Counted from the stretch's first letter, positions 39,598 to 53,347 are shown. The stretch is DNA of 64,000 bases from Octopus vulgaris (GCA_951406725.2 OX597816.1:161696001-161760000); one strand, 5' to 3'. Numbers and translations: made by a program. The notes: a model not told the origin generated them from the letters alone.

Positions 39598-40027
39598 TCT
39601 CTCTATATAAATGGCAGTTTGTCTGTCTGTGTGTCTGTGAGGTTGTACCCTCATCCTGACCACGGCTTTCAACTGATTCTGATGAAACTTGACACACACA
39701 TAGCCCAATGTCATAATTCAAAACTAACGCAGCGAAAATTTTGAAAAGTTCCCCCAGTTCTGAAAAAAATTGATAAATTCGACATGGGGTCGAGAATCTA
39801 AGCTTTTTATATGCAACACATTTTCTGTCTAGGGGACACAACTCGACCTTTTTATCGCCCAAAGGTACAGCTAGAAACATCGTATGCACAGAAGTATTCG
39901 AGTGAAGAGAAGACATTGCAACCTACACATGCGCCTTCGTTCCCTAGAGGGAAAGGACTAGATTGGGATTAGTCGTTGCCTACTAGGGGCTCTTACATAC
40001 CCGGGCAACGCCGGGCTATGCTGCTAG
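39598..40027 (+). mobile_element. Non-autonomous Helitron
   Basis: 5' TCTCTCTATATAAA, internal (GTCT)n, 3' hairpin cccgggcaacgccggg about 8 nt before terminal CTAG, followed by T. Confidence 0.8.
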
Positions 40028-40117
40028 TCAATTTCTAAATCCCTCTAAAGGAGAGATACGGCAGCAGTACTGGGTATTAATATTTATCGCCAAGCAAACG
40101 TTATTATTATCATTATT

Positions 40118-40755
40118 TAAGGCGGCGACCTGGCAGAATCGTTACCACGCCAAGCAAAATGCTTAATGCATTTTCACCGAAGTCGACTTTGCCGTTCATC
40201 TTTTCGAGTTCGATAAAATACACACCAGCTGAGCACTAGGGTCGATGTAATCGATTTTCCGCCTCAGAAATTGCTAGCCTTGTGTCAAAATTTGAAATCA
40301 ATATATATGTATGTATGAGTGTGTGTGTATGTGTATGTATATACATATATGTATGTATATCTATGCATGTGTGTATGTACATAGACATCTATCTATCAAG
40401 ATAGCTAGCTACCTACTCTTTTACTCTTTTACTTGTTTCAGTCATTTGACTGTGGCCATGCTGGAGCACCACCTTTAGTCGAGCAAATCGACCCCAGGAC
40501 TTATTCTTTGTAAGCCTAGTACTTATTCTATCGGTCTCTTTTGTCAAACACACCAGCATCGATTGTCAAGCGATGTTGGGGGGACAAATACAGACACACA
40601 AACATATATACTCACACGCATATATGTATACATATTTACGAAGGGCTTCTTTCAGTTTCCGTCTACCAAATCCACTCACAAGGCTTTGGTCGGCCCGAGG
40701 CTATAGTAGAAGACACTTGCTCAAGGTGCCACGCAGTGGGACTGAACCCGGAACC
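40118..40755. mobile_element. SINE B (40118-40300, plus) and SINE A (40415-40755, minus)
   Basis: Family motifs. Confidence 0.8.
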
Positions 40756-41715
40756 TACCTATATACCTTCACACACATATTTTCCATTCCAGAGCAACGA
40801 TATATGAAGTGGAACGTTGCCAACCAAGTATCGAAACCGAAGCCATTTAATTACTGGTTGAAGATCTTAGTTTATTTGTTTGTTGTTGCAGAATTGTTAG
40901 AAAGTCGTATAAAATTCAAGATGTCTCGCGATATTTCTTCATGTTTTTTACGTTCTGCTCCTTTTTTTTTGTTGTTGTTTGGTCTCAGGTCAGCTCTCAT
41001 CGAGTACAAACATAATTGTTGGTGTTGATGTTTTTTTAACCCCAGATCAACCCTGATTAAACATTACAATGGATTTCATTTATCACTATGGCAACCGTGA
41101 CCGAAGAGAAACCTAGTTGCTGTTGTTTCACACAGAACCACGCCTGATTCTTGCAGAAGTCTACTACAAAGTCCTAATACTCTCTTGTGCCTCCTCCATC
41201 TTCCTTTCCCAGGACATCATATTATTTTTTCTGAAGCGTTTGGTTCTTGAAATAGTTTAAAATCCACATTGGTAGTACCGAAGGAGAGAACACATTTGAA
41301 AGCTATAGTCTTTATTATACACTTGTCACCTCTTAAATGACGATCCTATAGCACATTATGATATGTATTGGAGTGAAACGTGATATGACGGTCAGGTCTC
41401 ATAGATTTTTCGTCGGCAGTCCATTCTGTTACTTTTGTAGTTTGTAGATTCTGCTGGTGAGTGTAGCTACTTCAAGTTTAGGTGAAATAACCCCGCATTA
41501 ATAAGACATGATTACACTTCTCTCTGTAAATTTGCGAACCGCACATTATTCTTCATGCATTTCATTGCTGTAAATGTCGCGAATCAGTACCGGATCACAC
41601 GGAAAAGTTACCTGCGTCATATGTAGGAGGGGGGAAATTTTTTTCTCATATACTTAATTCCACATAAATCGAATGCAAGTCCCGTTCCGGTGGATCCTTA
41701 GGAATCATTAAAATA

Positions 41716-41837
41716 GCTCGACATTGAACCCTGGAATTTGTGACAGAACAATCGTCCTCCGTTTTTAAATGGAAAAAAAAAAACCCCTCGCTATACTGGT
41801 GAATAAGGAGAGGAAGATGAAACGTGGGATATTCATG
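41716..41837 (-). repeat. Right arm of the 122-bp long-range inverted repeat
   Basis: Reverse complement of 37931-38052. Confidence 0.9.
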
Positions 41838-42085
41838 CCTTTGGGTTAAGTGATATCAGGGGAAGGAAAAAAATCCAAATAGACAATAAACCTTAGGATA
41901 TTGAAACCATACCGCAGGCTTTGCTGATCAGGAATTTACAATACTTGGGTAAGCGTTAAAATATACACATACAGGCATTCATCATACACACACACATGAA
42001 GACACGCACACATACATGTGTGTGTGTATACATATTTGCATGCAAGCACAGATATGTGTGCATGTATGTATGTATATATGTTTAT

Positions 42086-42640
42086 GTCAGGTCACTTTCG
42101 AGTGCTACTGGTAACATGTAACCCACTACAACCTGTTGCATGGTCGGGTCGTCGGCGACTAAACCGGCAACCCCACCAAGCTTGCTTGGTGACGAGGGTG
42201 TTTATTGGACACCCTGCGGGATGAAAAACAAAACCCGTCAAAGGGCGGAGAAACTCTTGAGAGTCAACGGCCATCCAATAAATGTCTTAAGGCTGTATCA
42301 TGTGCGGGGACTTAGAAATAATTGGACTGAATACCCGATCGCGCGGTTAAACCATTGGGAGTGAAGGACTCCTAGCCTTTGTTAGGGCATCCTTCTAGGA
42401 GAAGGTAACTCAGGTAACTGGGATAACTCCGACATAAAACCTGCGGCTCAGTGGTTACCGATGATGTTGACTTGTTCTTCTTTTCGGATTATGGCTGCTG
42501 TTGCTTAGGGAGTGGGATTGACTCAGTGCACAGCCTTTCCTTACTTAAAAAAAAAATCTTCTTGCACAGGCATTGCACGATAACAACATTGATTAAACTT
42601 CGTGCAATGGCCATACTCGCTAAAGAGGGGGCAGCCACCA
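42086..42640 (+). mobile_element. Non-autonomous retroelement resembling an RTE 5' UTR, with (TGTA)n tail; 5' part repeated inverted at 50562-50710
   Basis: gggcatccttctaggagaaggtaactc resembles the RTE 5' UTR motif; the second copy confirms it is a repeat. Confidence 0.55.
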
Positions 42641-42664
42641 TGTATGTATGTATGTATATATGTA

Positions 42665-42699
<35 letters not shown>

Positions 42700-42797
42700 G
42701 TCTATGGATTCTACCTTGGGTCAATTTTTTGAAGGTAATTAATCTTTAGTTGATAAAGTGCTGACGAGGTGATCATCGCTTGGATTATACTTATCCT

Positions 42798-42847
<50 letters not shown>

Positions 42848-43203
42848 GTAAAAATAATTACAGACATGGACAAGAACATGAAACACCACAGAGACGACAC
42901 ATACACAAATATATGCACACTCACACACACGCACGCACACACACACATATATATATGCATATATATGCATGCATATATAAATGTATTGCAAACACACACG
43001 CGCACACACATACACACACTTATACACACATGCACATACACATAGATTCACATTTATTTCCATTTCCTCTCCTACCATCATCATCATCGTCACCATCATG
43101 ATCATTTCACTGAAACCACAACCAGCATTACCAGCTCCTCTCACAATCCCCCACCCCACCCCACCACTACCACCACCACAAGCAATCCCTACCTCTACAC
43201 AAG

Positions 43204-43277
<74 letters not shown>

Positions 43278-43629
43278 GAGACACAGACACAGAATCTGAG
43301 ACACACCGCCTCTGCCCCTCTCTCTGATTTCCTCCCCCACCCCGCCTCATCGCCGCCACCCCCCCACTACACAAGTGCTCCTTGTTGATACTCTCGACTA
43401 ATTGCTACCAATTACCGAGCCGTTTCGTTAGATGGATTGTTACGTGTAGGTCAAGTGATCCCTTGGATTTTTCGTCTTCCCCAACGCACTCGGCCAACCT
43501 CACAAGACTCGCCTCCTCCTCTCTCTAGCTCCTCTCACCAAATCCTCAACTTAGCAACAACAACAACAACAACAATAACAACAACAAGCGATCCCTTTTT
43601 CTAAACCCGGGCATTTGTTTTTATATTAA

Positions 43630-43832
43630 ATCATCACCACGACCGAAGATGGCGACGTCTACCACCGTCACTACCACCACCATCATCACCATCAGCATCA
43701 CCAACACCTGCGCCATCATAACCATCACCACCACCACCACCACCACCACCACCACCACTTCCACCACCACCACTTCCACCACCAACATCAGCCTCAACAT
43801 GTCATTATATTCAGCATTTTTATCACCACCAC

Positions 43833-43873
<41 letters not shown>

Positions 43874-44530
43874 CCACCACCATCATCATCATCAACACCA
43901 CCATCATCATCATCATCACCACCATCATCCTCATCACCATCATCATCATCAACACCACCATCATCATCATCATCATCGGTGTCCTCCTCCTCTTCCATCC
44001 TATCATTGTTGCTGACGTCGTCTTCCTTCCTCATCACCATCACCTCAACGCCCCCTTCTCCATCTTCCCCTTCCACTCCCCTCCATCTTCCTCTTCCCCT
44101 CCTCCTCCTCTATCCCCCTTCTCCTCTCTCTCCCCCACTCCGCTTCTCCTCTTCTTCTTCTTCTTCCCCTCCTCTTCCTCACCTCCTCCTCTTCTCCCAC
44201 CTCCTCATTTCCCCGACTACCACCCACAACACTATTCTCTCCACCACCACCACCACCACTACCCCCCCCCACCACGAGCAACATTCCCACCATCCCACCA
44301 TCACCATCACCACCACCACCACCACCACCACCACCACGAGCAATATTCCCACCATCATTCTCATCATTATCGTCTTAGGACAGAATCATCTTGAAAATTT
44401 TTTTTCGCTATTTCTTTCTATTGTTGTTGTTCTTTGTCTTTTCGTTCTACTACTCTTATTACCACCACTCACCACTCACCACCACCACCACCACCACTTC
44501 CACCACCACCTCTACCACCATCTTGAAACT
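43630..44530. repeat. Compound (ACC)n/(ATC)n/(CCT)n trinucleotide tract
   Basis: Direct reading; explains the 312-aa low-complexity ORF. Confidence 0.9.
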
Positions 44531-44728
44531 CATTTATTTATCTATTTATGTCACCCCGACCCCCATACACTGCGGCATCCTTCATGACTCCCCCCCCCCC
44601 CACACTACTTCCAATTATGGGAACTTCACAGCTAACTGAAATAACACTTGAGATTACTTCTCATTACACACTCACACACACACACACACACTGAAACACA
44701 GACACTTGTATATGTGTACATATATGTG

Positions 44729-44776
<48 letters not shown>

Positions 44777-44783
44777 ATGTGTA

Positions 44784-44822
<39 letters not shown>

Positions 44823-45450
44823 GCATATATATGTGTGTGCATGTATATATATATATATGATATATATATATATATATATATATATGAGACCACTGTAAAA
44901 CTCTGCATTGTTAGAAGCTTTCTTTATTTTCCCTTTCTTTCATTTTCTACTTATATGTATATGTGTATGTGTGTGTGTGTGTGTGTGTTCGTATAAATAG
45001 TTAGTTTTTTCTAGTTTCACCTGTTTTATAAGAATTTGTGTGGCTTATTTAATTCCGCCTAAACTTTACTTATCACCCGCCAAACCGACCCGTGGTACAT
45101 GCGCACAGGTGCGGAGTTCAGTGCGAGCATTGACCACAACTGTGTTTCTGAAAACTGGACGCAAAACATGCTTCAGCTGGTAAATGAATCATAAACCACA
45201 TGATATGAAGATTAAGTTGAAAAGCCATGCAATTAAAATCTGTATACTTCGAGCATAAAATATCTTCTTCAAATCTCATAAACAGGCACAGCTTCAACCC
45301 GTACTTGAAGCTTAAAAATTTTCTCAATGTACATCAAGAATGCATTTCTAATGTACATACACGACTTTGGGTCACTATAAATTAGTAGAATATGCTAATT
45401 AGTAAATTAGTAATTAATGATTAATACTTTTAATTAAACTCATAACACGC

Positions 45451-45567
<117 letters not shown>

Positions 45568-45592
45568 ATATATTTGTATATATATATATATT

Positions 45593-45642
<50 letters not shown>

Positions 45643-46194
45643 AATTGAGATAGGGGTTGTAAATGCAACCCTCCATGGGATAACATATATCCAATATACT
45701 ACTAGTGAAGTACCCAACAAAGTTAATACATAAATGTTAATGATTGCGATGCAATCAATTCATTTACTGTATTATACGATATATATCCATACACTCATAC
45801 ACATCTATACATATATGATGAGCTTTCACACGGTTTTCGCCTACCAAATAAGATATAAACAGGTATTTCTATCAGTAGAGGTATTGTAACTGGCCTGCAC
45901 AGATAAAGAAACTTGAGTTTTTGGAATCGGAACTACTATAAATGACTAACAAGGGAAGTTTTAAAGCACATTTCAGCACATTTCATCATTTTCAGCAAAA
46001 ATTCAAACCAGACATCATTGCTTATAAGACATTTCGGAAAAAACTGCATCTACGACAAAAACGAAGAATTTTTACGAACTAGATAGTAAGCACTAAACTC
46101 TTGGACAATAAGATTAAAGAAACATACAACAAGGTTAACACGAAGACTTACGAAAAGTTTAATGATCTGAGACGGATTGTGGATTTTTTTTGTT

Positions 46195-46540
46195 CGGATT
46201 AAATATGTATCATAAAAATTGTTCGAAAACAATTATTCGAAAATAATTATTCGAAATAAATATCATTTGCATACTTGATTTTTAATTTTATCATTTTTGT
46301 TTAAATGAAATAAAAATAGTACGTTTATATATTTGTTGTGCAAGATTTTTTATGTGAAGTCGTGTGTTGAAACAGATATTGTTATATTTCGGAATGGTCA
46401 TTTTGCCAGTTAGTATAATTAACATTTCGTATAATTGTCCTTTTGAATAATTTTCATTCATACTATTTTTCATTCGAATAAATGTTTTTCGAATAATTGT
46501 TTTCGAACAATTATTTTCGAACAATGTTCACGTAATCGAT
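46195..46540. mobile_element. MITE-like element with inverted subterminal ~14-bp repeats
   Basis: (ttcgaaaayaatta)n on the left mirrored by (taattrttttcgaa)n on the right; interior similar to 28840-28960. Confidence 0.5.
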
Positions 46541-46647
46541 TAAATACCTTATACATGTTCAAATAGAGATTCAAAATGTGAGAGCTAAGCTGTAGGACTA
46601 CACTACGATGACGACTTGGTCTATCTCCGACAATATTAAGTGATATG

Positions 46648-46843
46648 AAGGCGACGAGCTGGCAGAATCGTGACTGCGCCGGGAAAATTGCTTAGCGGCA
46701 TTTTGTCCGTCTTTACGCTCTGAGTTCAAATTCCACCGAGGTCGACTTTGCTTTTCATTCTTTCGGGGTCGATAATCTAAGTACCAGCTAATTGACTTGC
46801 TCCTTCTCCCAAAATTGCTGGCCTTGTGCTGAAATTTGAAACC
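46648..46843 (+). mobile_element. SINE family B
   Basis: Family motif. Confidence 0.8.
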
Positions 46844-46927
46844 AAACCGATATTAACTAATATGACTCAGACAGTGAATACTGCATATCCGCCTACGCAT
46901 ATGCACACACGTGATCACACAGACACA

Positions 46928-46977
<50 letters not shown>

Positions 46978-47467
46978 GAAGAAGAAGAAGAAGAAGAAGA
47001 AGGAAAAGAAGTGAGTGAAATATAAGAGGTTGGACGAAGATGTAAAATGACAAAGAATGAGACCTCTAAAGAACAAGTTCTAAAGAGAAGCCTTGTACAC
47101 CAGTTCGAACCCAGCGGAAGGTGCAATTATGCAGGTACCACAATGGCAATATCATGTCTTTGAGATGCGATTCAAAGCGACATCCACACATCCCATCCAC
47201 CTCCAGCGCCTCCGCCGTTAGCCACGATGTCGTTCTCTGCTCTCTGTGCCAGCCACCTGCTTCATCTAATCTGCTTATTCCCCTCTTGACAACGAATCGA
47301 AGATATATCCGGAAGGGACTTTCTTAACATCTCTCGAGAATAAATAGTACAGCATGAATTAATTTAAAATGAGATCAAAGTATCCTTCACTGTTCTACTT
47401 TCTAACTTCTTCCTCTCGTTCAATCTCTCCTTCACTTTCTTTTCTTTCTTTGTTTCTTTTTTTACTG

Positions 47468-47517
<50 letters not shown>

Positions 47518-47936
47518 AGTCTTGCCATCTCATTTACCCGAGTACTTCCCGCAGTTTCTCTTAAAAGTGAATCTACCGTTCTTGAAGATCCACTTTCGTT
47601 ACCCTTAGCTTAATTATTTATTAAACAATGATACTTAATAACCCGGCTCTGTGTGTGTGTATGTATGTGTGTGTGTACGCGCGCGCGCGCGTGAGAGAGA
47701 GAGAGAGAACGTGAGAGAGAAAGAAAGAGAGAGAGAAAGAAAGAGAGAGAGAGAGAGACTTTTATTTGGTAGGATTTTGAAACGCAAACATTTTCTTTAT
47801 CCAATCCTTTCACGACTTCATCCTGTCTTTGTTACTGAGTTACTACCATACTTTGTTGTTTTTAAACATACCTCTCTACGATTTGGGTGTGCGTGAGTTA
47901 AATCTCACTGGACATGCACACACAAATATGTATGTG

Positions 47937-47997
<61 letters not shown>

Positions 47998-48059
47998 TTT
48001 TCGTAATGAGATAAAAAAACCCAAGGCTGTGAAGATTTTAGAACATTTATAGATAGAAG

Positions 48060-48107
48060 GTCTTACAGCTGTTTCCGGGATAATTGTTATATCCCTTCAT
48101 CGGAGAC
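48060..48107 (-). ncRNA. Minimal hammerhead (family H1) in element 47990-48235
   Basis: gtct-CCGATGA-a-gggata..tatccc-g-GAAA-cagctg-TA-agac; U4C variant. Confidence 0.6.
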
Positions 48108-48430
48108 GGTGTGAGAGGTTGATTAAGAAATAGTTAATTTAGATAAGATATAAAACAGAGAGCGAGGTGGAGGAAAGAAAAGAAAATGGATGTGAGATAT
48201 ATAGGGATATTGTATTTGTAGGTCCATTTTTTAAGGCAGAATGGTATACATATGAGATTCCAATACCTTACGAGTAAAATCCAATAGAATTTAAAATTGG
48301 TCATTCCAAGTATAGAGTTTATACACAGTGTTATTGAATCAAAGGTTTTATTTAAAGTGACCTAAAAATAGTGTATTAGTAGGAAGCCAGCCAACCGTCC
48401 GTCCATCCGTCCGTCTGTCTGTCTGTCTGT

Positions 48431-48538
<108 letters not shown>

Positions 48539-48733
48539 TATCGTATTGCTGTCATTTGACTACGGCCATGCTATCGCACCGCCTTGAAGGATTTTAGCCA
48601 AACAAATCGATTACGTGACTTATTTTTTTTAAAGATTAGTACTTATTCTATCGGTCACTTTGCCGAACCGTTATGTTACGGGGACGTAAACACACCAACA
48701 CCGGTTGTTAAGCGGTGGTAGTGGGAATATATA

Positions 48734-49623
48734 CAAGGTGCGTGAAAAGTGAGTAGGCATTCAAAAGAGTTACAAAATCCGTATTCCTCTTACAAATTTA
48801 TTGAAACAAATGATACATGTTCTTTATTACATTGGAAAATAAAAGTAAATCTTCATATTTCAATGTAAGCACCAGTGGCTTCAACCAGTTTCCTCAAACG
48901 GCCAGGGATGGAATGAACAAACTTCTGAGTGACGTCGTCTGGGTTATCATTGAGAACCTCTTGAATCCGTGTCTCCAAGTCCTCCAGTGTGCGAGGTTTT
49001 GTCTTTTACACCTCCTCTTTTGTGTAAATCCACAGGTAAAAATCACATGGAGTGAGATCTGGACTGCTTGGAGTTCTGGACTTCTGCGGTCTCAATCTTC
49101 ACGTTTTAGCTCCTGCACGTAATGGGGTTTCCACGGACGAAAATTCAATTCTTTATGCAACACCGAACGTATTGTGTCTTGTTAGTTCACCTTCACGAGT
49201 TGCTTGACGTGTTGATTTTTTATGGGTTGCGGTTAAACATTTCCTGCACTGTTGCGACGTTCTCCGCAGATCGGGATGTGGTAGGACAGCCACTTGTTCT
49301 TGCATCGTTCACAGAGGCCGTGGTCATCGGCTTTGCATGACAACTTTTTATTGTCTCCGGATGTAGTGTTGCATGCTTACCTTTCCATGCACGCCACCAT
49401 CTCTGAACCAAAACAATGGGATTCCACACTTCATAGCGTGCCGCTGTCTTAGCCCGTTTCTGAACAGTCAAGCGACCTGGCATCTGGAAAATAAGAAATA
49501 AGACAATACAGAAATAAATCCCCCTCAGTGTTGCCTGTTTAAAAAATGTTTTCGTCGTGACTTCAGTGATACTAAAACTTCTATAAGCAATTTCTAATGC
49601 CTACTTACTTCCCACTCACTCTG
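48734..49623 (-). mobile_element. Internally deleted Tc1/mariner-superfamily transposon (DD41D/rosa-like), adjacent to SINE A 48538-48730
   Basis: TA flanks, imperfect ~28-bp TIRs (..aagtragtaggcatt..); N-terminal HTH (..SGCPTTSRSAENVATVQEMF) and C-terminal PDLTPCDFYLW..KPRTLEDL..GAYIEI. Confidence 0.85.
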
Positions 49624-49659
49624 TATATGCATGTACATACACACATGTGTACATTTATA

Positions 49660-50367
49660 TCGTATATTACAGACATGAAGGCCAATTTTGAACACAGTAT
49701 AGTCGAGAAAACAGCAGAAAGATTGAGTATATCACCCTCATGAGACGGAAAAAAATTTGACAGCAGGCGGCTATAGGATTCGAACTCCTATCCCGTAGAT
49801 ATCGGCTGAGTACTCATCTATTTCTTTATTGCCCACAAGGGGCTAAACATAGAGGGGACAAACAAGGACAGAGAATGGGTTTAAATCGATTATATCGACC
49901 CCAGTACGTAACTGGTACTTAATTTATCGACTCCGAAAGGATGAAAGGCAAAGTTGACCTCGGCGGAATTTGAACTCACCATTAAGCTAAACGGCCCACT
50001 GACAGCAGTTACCATCAAATTAAACGCTAAATATGAATAGCATTTGGAATGCGACAACATTTTGTAAACAAACTTTTGGAAGCGTCGAATGTGTTTCGTA
50101 TTTTACAAACAAGAAAACAAATTTCGAACGCAGTTGCATTCCAAAAGCTATTGTTTCAGTAGGCCGTTTGGCTTAATGGCGGCATACTCAGCTGGTATCT
50201 GAGGGTTATGGGTTCGAGTTCCGTAGCTGTCTGCTGACAACCTTTGAGGGTAAAACACCCAATCTTTCCACCGTTTTCACAGGTGTACTGGGTTCGAAAT
50301 TTGCTTTCTGGTCTGTAAAATACGAAACACATTCAACATTTTCAAAAGTTTGTTTACAAAACGTTGT
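49660..50367. repeat. Inverted pair of a tRNA-like repeat unit, one copy interrupted by SINE B (49817-49978)
   Basis: 50162-50232 has an A box, ctcag-ctGGTat-ctgag anticodon arm and B box; inverted homologue at 49765-50000; 50054-50129 is inverted at 50292-50367. Confidence 0.7.
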
Positions 50368-50407
50368 AGATATGTATGCGTGTATCCTTGTTTTTTTCTC
50401 TGTGTCC

Positions 50408-50443
50408 CTTTCTGTAGAGGAGCGTAGGCTCGAAACGTAAAAG
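50408..50443 (+). ncRNA. Minimal hammerhead (H2-related), A6 mutated
   Basis: cttt-CTGTAGA-g-gagc-gtag-gctc-GAAA-c-GTA-aaag. Confidence 0.55.
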
Positions 50444-50892
50444 CCTTTTTCTATTCCTGAGCGTTATACTAATACATCTGTTTGTTTTGTACACCACCTG
50501 TCTTCGTCTTTTGTTTTTTTCGTAAACTCTCCCTATATATATATATATATATATACATATACCTGCAAGGTGTCCAGCAATCACCCTCCTCACCAAGCAC
50601 ACCTGGTGGGGTTGTCAGTTTAGTCGCCGACGACCCTACCATGTAACAAGTTGTACTGGATTACATGGTACCAGTAGCGCCCAAGAGCGACCTCAAGAGC
50701 GACCCGACATGTTAAGAGAGCGCACTTGTTTCTCCTGCAAGCCACTACAGCTGTGTAGTATGTAATAAAATGTGTCAAACTTTGGATGGGCTTAAAAGTC
50801 TTATAAGGGCATCAAATGGCATCAGTAATGAATCATTTCAGTAAGTCATTTGTGACAATGGCTTTTCTCGTGTAACGAGGGTGCAGCTAAGA

Positions 50893-50956
<64 letters not shown>

Positions 50957-51061
50957 CATCCATCCATCCATCCATCCATTCATCCATCCATACATACATC
51001 CATTCATCCATCCTTCCATCCTTCCGCCTGAAGATTGCAACGGTGTGAAACTTTCAATTTC

Positions 51062-51105
<44 letters not shown>

Positions 51106-52024
51106 TAATTCATATATGCACAGATGTATTTGTGTGTGTATGTATAATATATATTTATTTATACACAAATTATCACATATATATTTTCATATGTGCTCAT
51201 GTCGCTACACACACATACACAGACACGCACACACACATCAATAAATGAATGAATGTATGTACTATATACATACACAAATGTATACATGCACGCATACACA
51301 CATACGCAAGCACGCACACACACACACATATATATATATATGTGTATGCATGTATATCTATATATAAATATACATATATACGAACAGACATCTGTAGACA
51401 TATATAGTTTAATGTGTCTGTGAATATTACATATATTTTATGCCATCATCTGATACGGTGTTATGAAATCACCTCTGCACGGAGGTGATTGAAGCTCTGT
51501 TATCAAATAGTGTGATAAATCATAAGAAATTATATGAGATATCAGAATTATTATGATATCACGTTTCAAATACAATAAACAGTTGCTATTTTCAATTTCC
51601 TGCAGCAAACTTTTGTCTGTTGAATATGTATATTTAGAACCAGCTTTATTGTTTCATTCACGATAGCTTTTATTATTTTCTACTTAAGAATATATACTTA
51701 GCGTTGTTCCAAAATAATTATGGAGTTACAAAACAGAGAGAGGATATACAGGCCTGACAACTGTAAAATCGCCATTTCTTCTGAACTGGGACTCATAACC
51801 CGTTGCCATGTTTAGCAACCCCCCACCAGCTGTCTGTCTTTAGTGGAACCTAAGGGTGGGGTGCAAGCATTCGGTCCTGGTCTCCGTTACCCAAAATAAC
51901 TTGCTTGTTTTCCATTTTCCTTACTAGTCTCAGCGGTTCCAATAATGACCACGTCTTCTGTATTTTCTCTTTAAACGAAAGACATAAAAAATATCGCCCT
52001 CAGTAAAATCATTTAGTTAACACA

Positions 52025-53200
52025 TTTTACTTGTTACGGTCATTATACTGCGGCCATGCTGGGGCACCTCTTTGAAGAATATTAGCTGAACAAATCGATC
52101 CCGGTATATACTTTCTATGTTTGCTAATTATTCTATCGGCCCACTTTGCTGAACTACTAAATTACAGGGACGAAAACCAAGGACATCGGTTTTCAAGTGG
52201 TGAGGAGGAGCACAAACACATACACATTCACACATACGGTAGGCTTCATCATAGTTTCCGTTTACTAAATTCCTTCACAAAGCATTGGCCAGCTCAGGAC
52301 CACAGCAGAAAATACTTGCCCAAGGTATCGTGCAATGGGACTGAACCTGAAACCACGAGGTTACAGTGTGAGCTAGTTAACCACACATAGACACGCCTTT
52401 ATCTAAAACAAGTCTCTCAACGTCATTTCTCTTCCGTCCTGACAATTCTGTCAATTCGCTGCCCAATGTTCTGATTTAATCGTTAAGGCGGCAAGCTGGC
52501 AGAAACGTTAGCACGCCGGGCGAAATGCGTAGCCGTATTTCGTCTGCCATTACGTTCTGAGTTCAAATTTCGCCGAGGTCGACTTTGCCTTTCATCCTTT
52601 CGGGATCGATTAAATAAGTACCAGTTACGCACTGGGGTCGATATAATCGACTTAATCCCTTTGCCTGTCCTTGTTTGTCCCCTCTATGCTTATCGCCTTG
52701 TTGGCAATAAAGAAATAAGAAACGTTCGCACGCCGGGCAAAATGCTTAGCGGTATTCCGTTTGTCTTTATGTTCTGAGTTCAAATTCCGCCGAGGTCGAC
52801 TTTGCCTTTCATCCTTTCAGGTTCGATAAATTAAGTACCAGTTGCGTACTGGGGTCCATCTAATCGACTGGCCTCCTCCCCTAGGAAAAAAAATTGTGAT
52901 TTAATCGTATACTGTTTAAAGACTTGACAATAAACGTAAGATTAAAATCTCGATCGTTCTGTTGTTAGATCTATCGTTTCTCTTTCACTTGTTTCAGTCA
53001 TGTGACTGCGGCCATGCCAGAGCACCATCTTGAAGTATTTTAGATGAACGAATCGACCCTAATAGTTACATTTTAAAGTCTGGTACTTATTCTTATCTTT
53101 CTTTTTGGCCGGACTGTTAAGTTACGGAGACGTAAACACACCAACATCGGTTGTTAAGCGGTGGTGGGGGACAAGCACTGACACAAAGACACACAGACAC
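52025..53200. mobile_element. SINE cluster: A (52025-52400, minus), B dimer (52485-52880, plus), A (52980-53200, minus)
   Basis: Family motifs. Confidence 0.8.
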
Positions 53201-53312
53201 ACAAGCACACACTCTCACAGACACACACAGTCAATTCAAATAAACGAATAATAAAATTAACGGACAGCAAGATGTGCACAAGGCATGTGTTAGCTTGACG
53301 CTCGGTGAGAGA

Positions 53313-53347
53313 GTTTGACATTTCGAGCAAAGCTCTTCGTCGGAAAA
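53313..53347 (-). ncRNA. Minimal hammerhead (family H2)
   Basis: tttt-CCGACGA-a-gagc-ttt-gctc-GAAA-t-GTC-aaac. Confidence 0.5.

Larger units (their letters stand above)
39248..40101 (-). mobile_element. Hammerhead-bearing ~353-bp monomer plus 71-bp direct repeat (retrozyme/pLTR-like), interrupted by a Helitron
   Basis: 39248-39318 repeated at 40031-40101; flanked by (TTA)n. Confidence 0.7.

Noticed and set aside
43649-44587. 312-aa Ser/Thr/Pro-rich ORF
   Set aside because: Open because of trinucleotide repeats; no domain recognised; insufficient support as a CDS
50162-50232. Functional tRNA-Thr(GGT) gene
   Set aside because: Acceptor and D stems do not pair properly; it is part of a repeat
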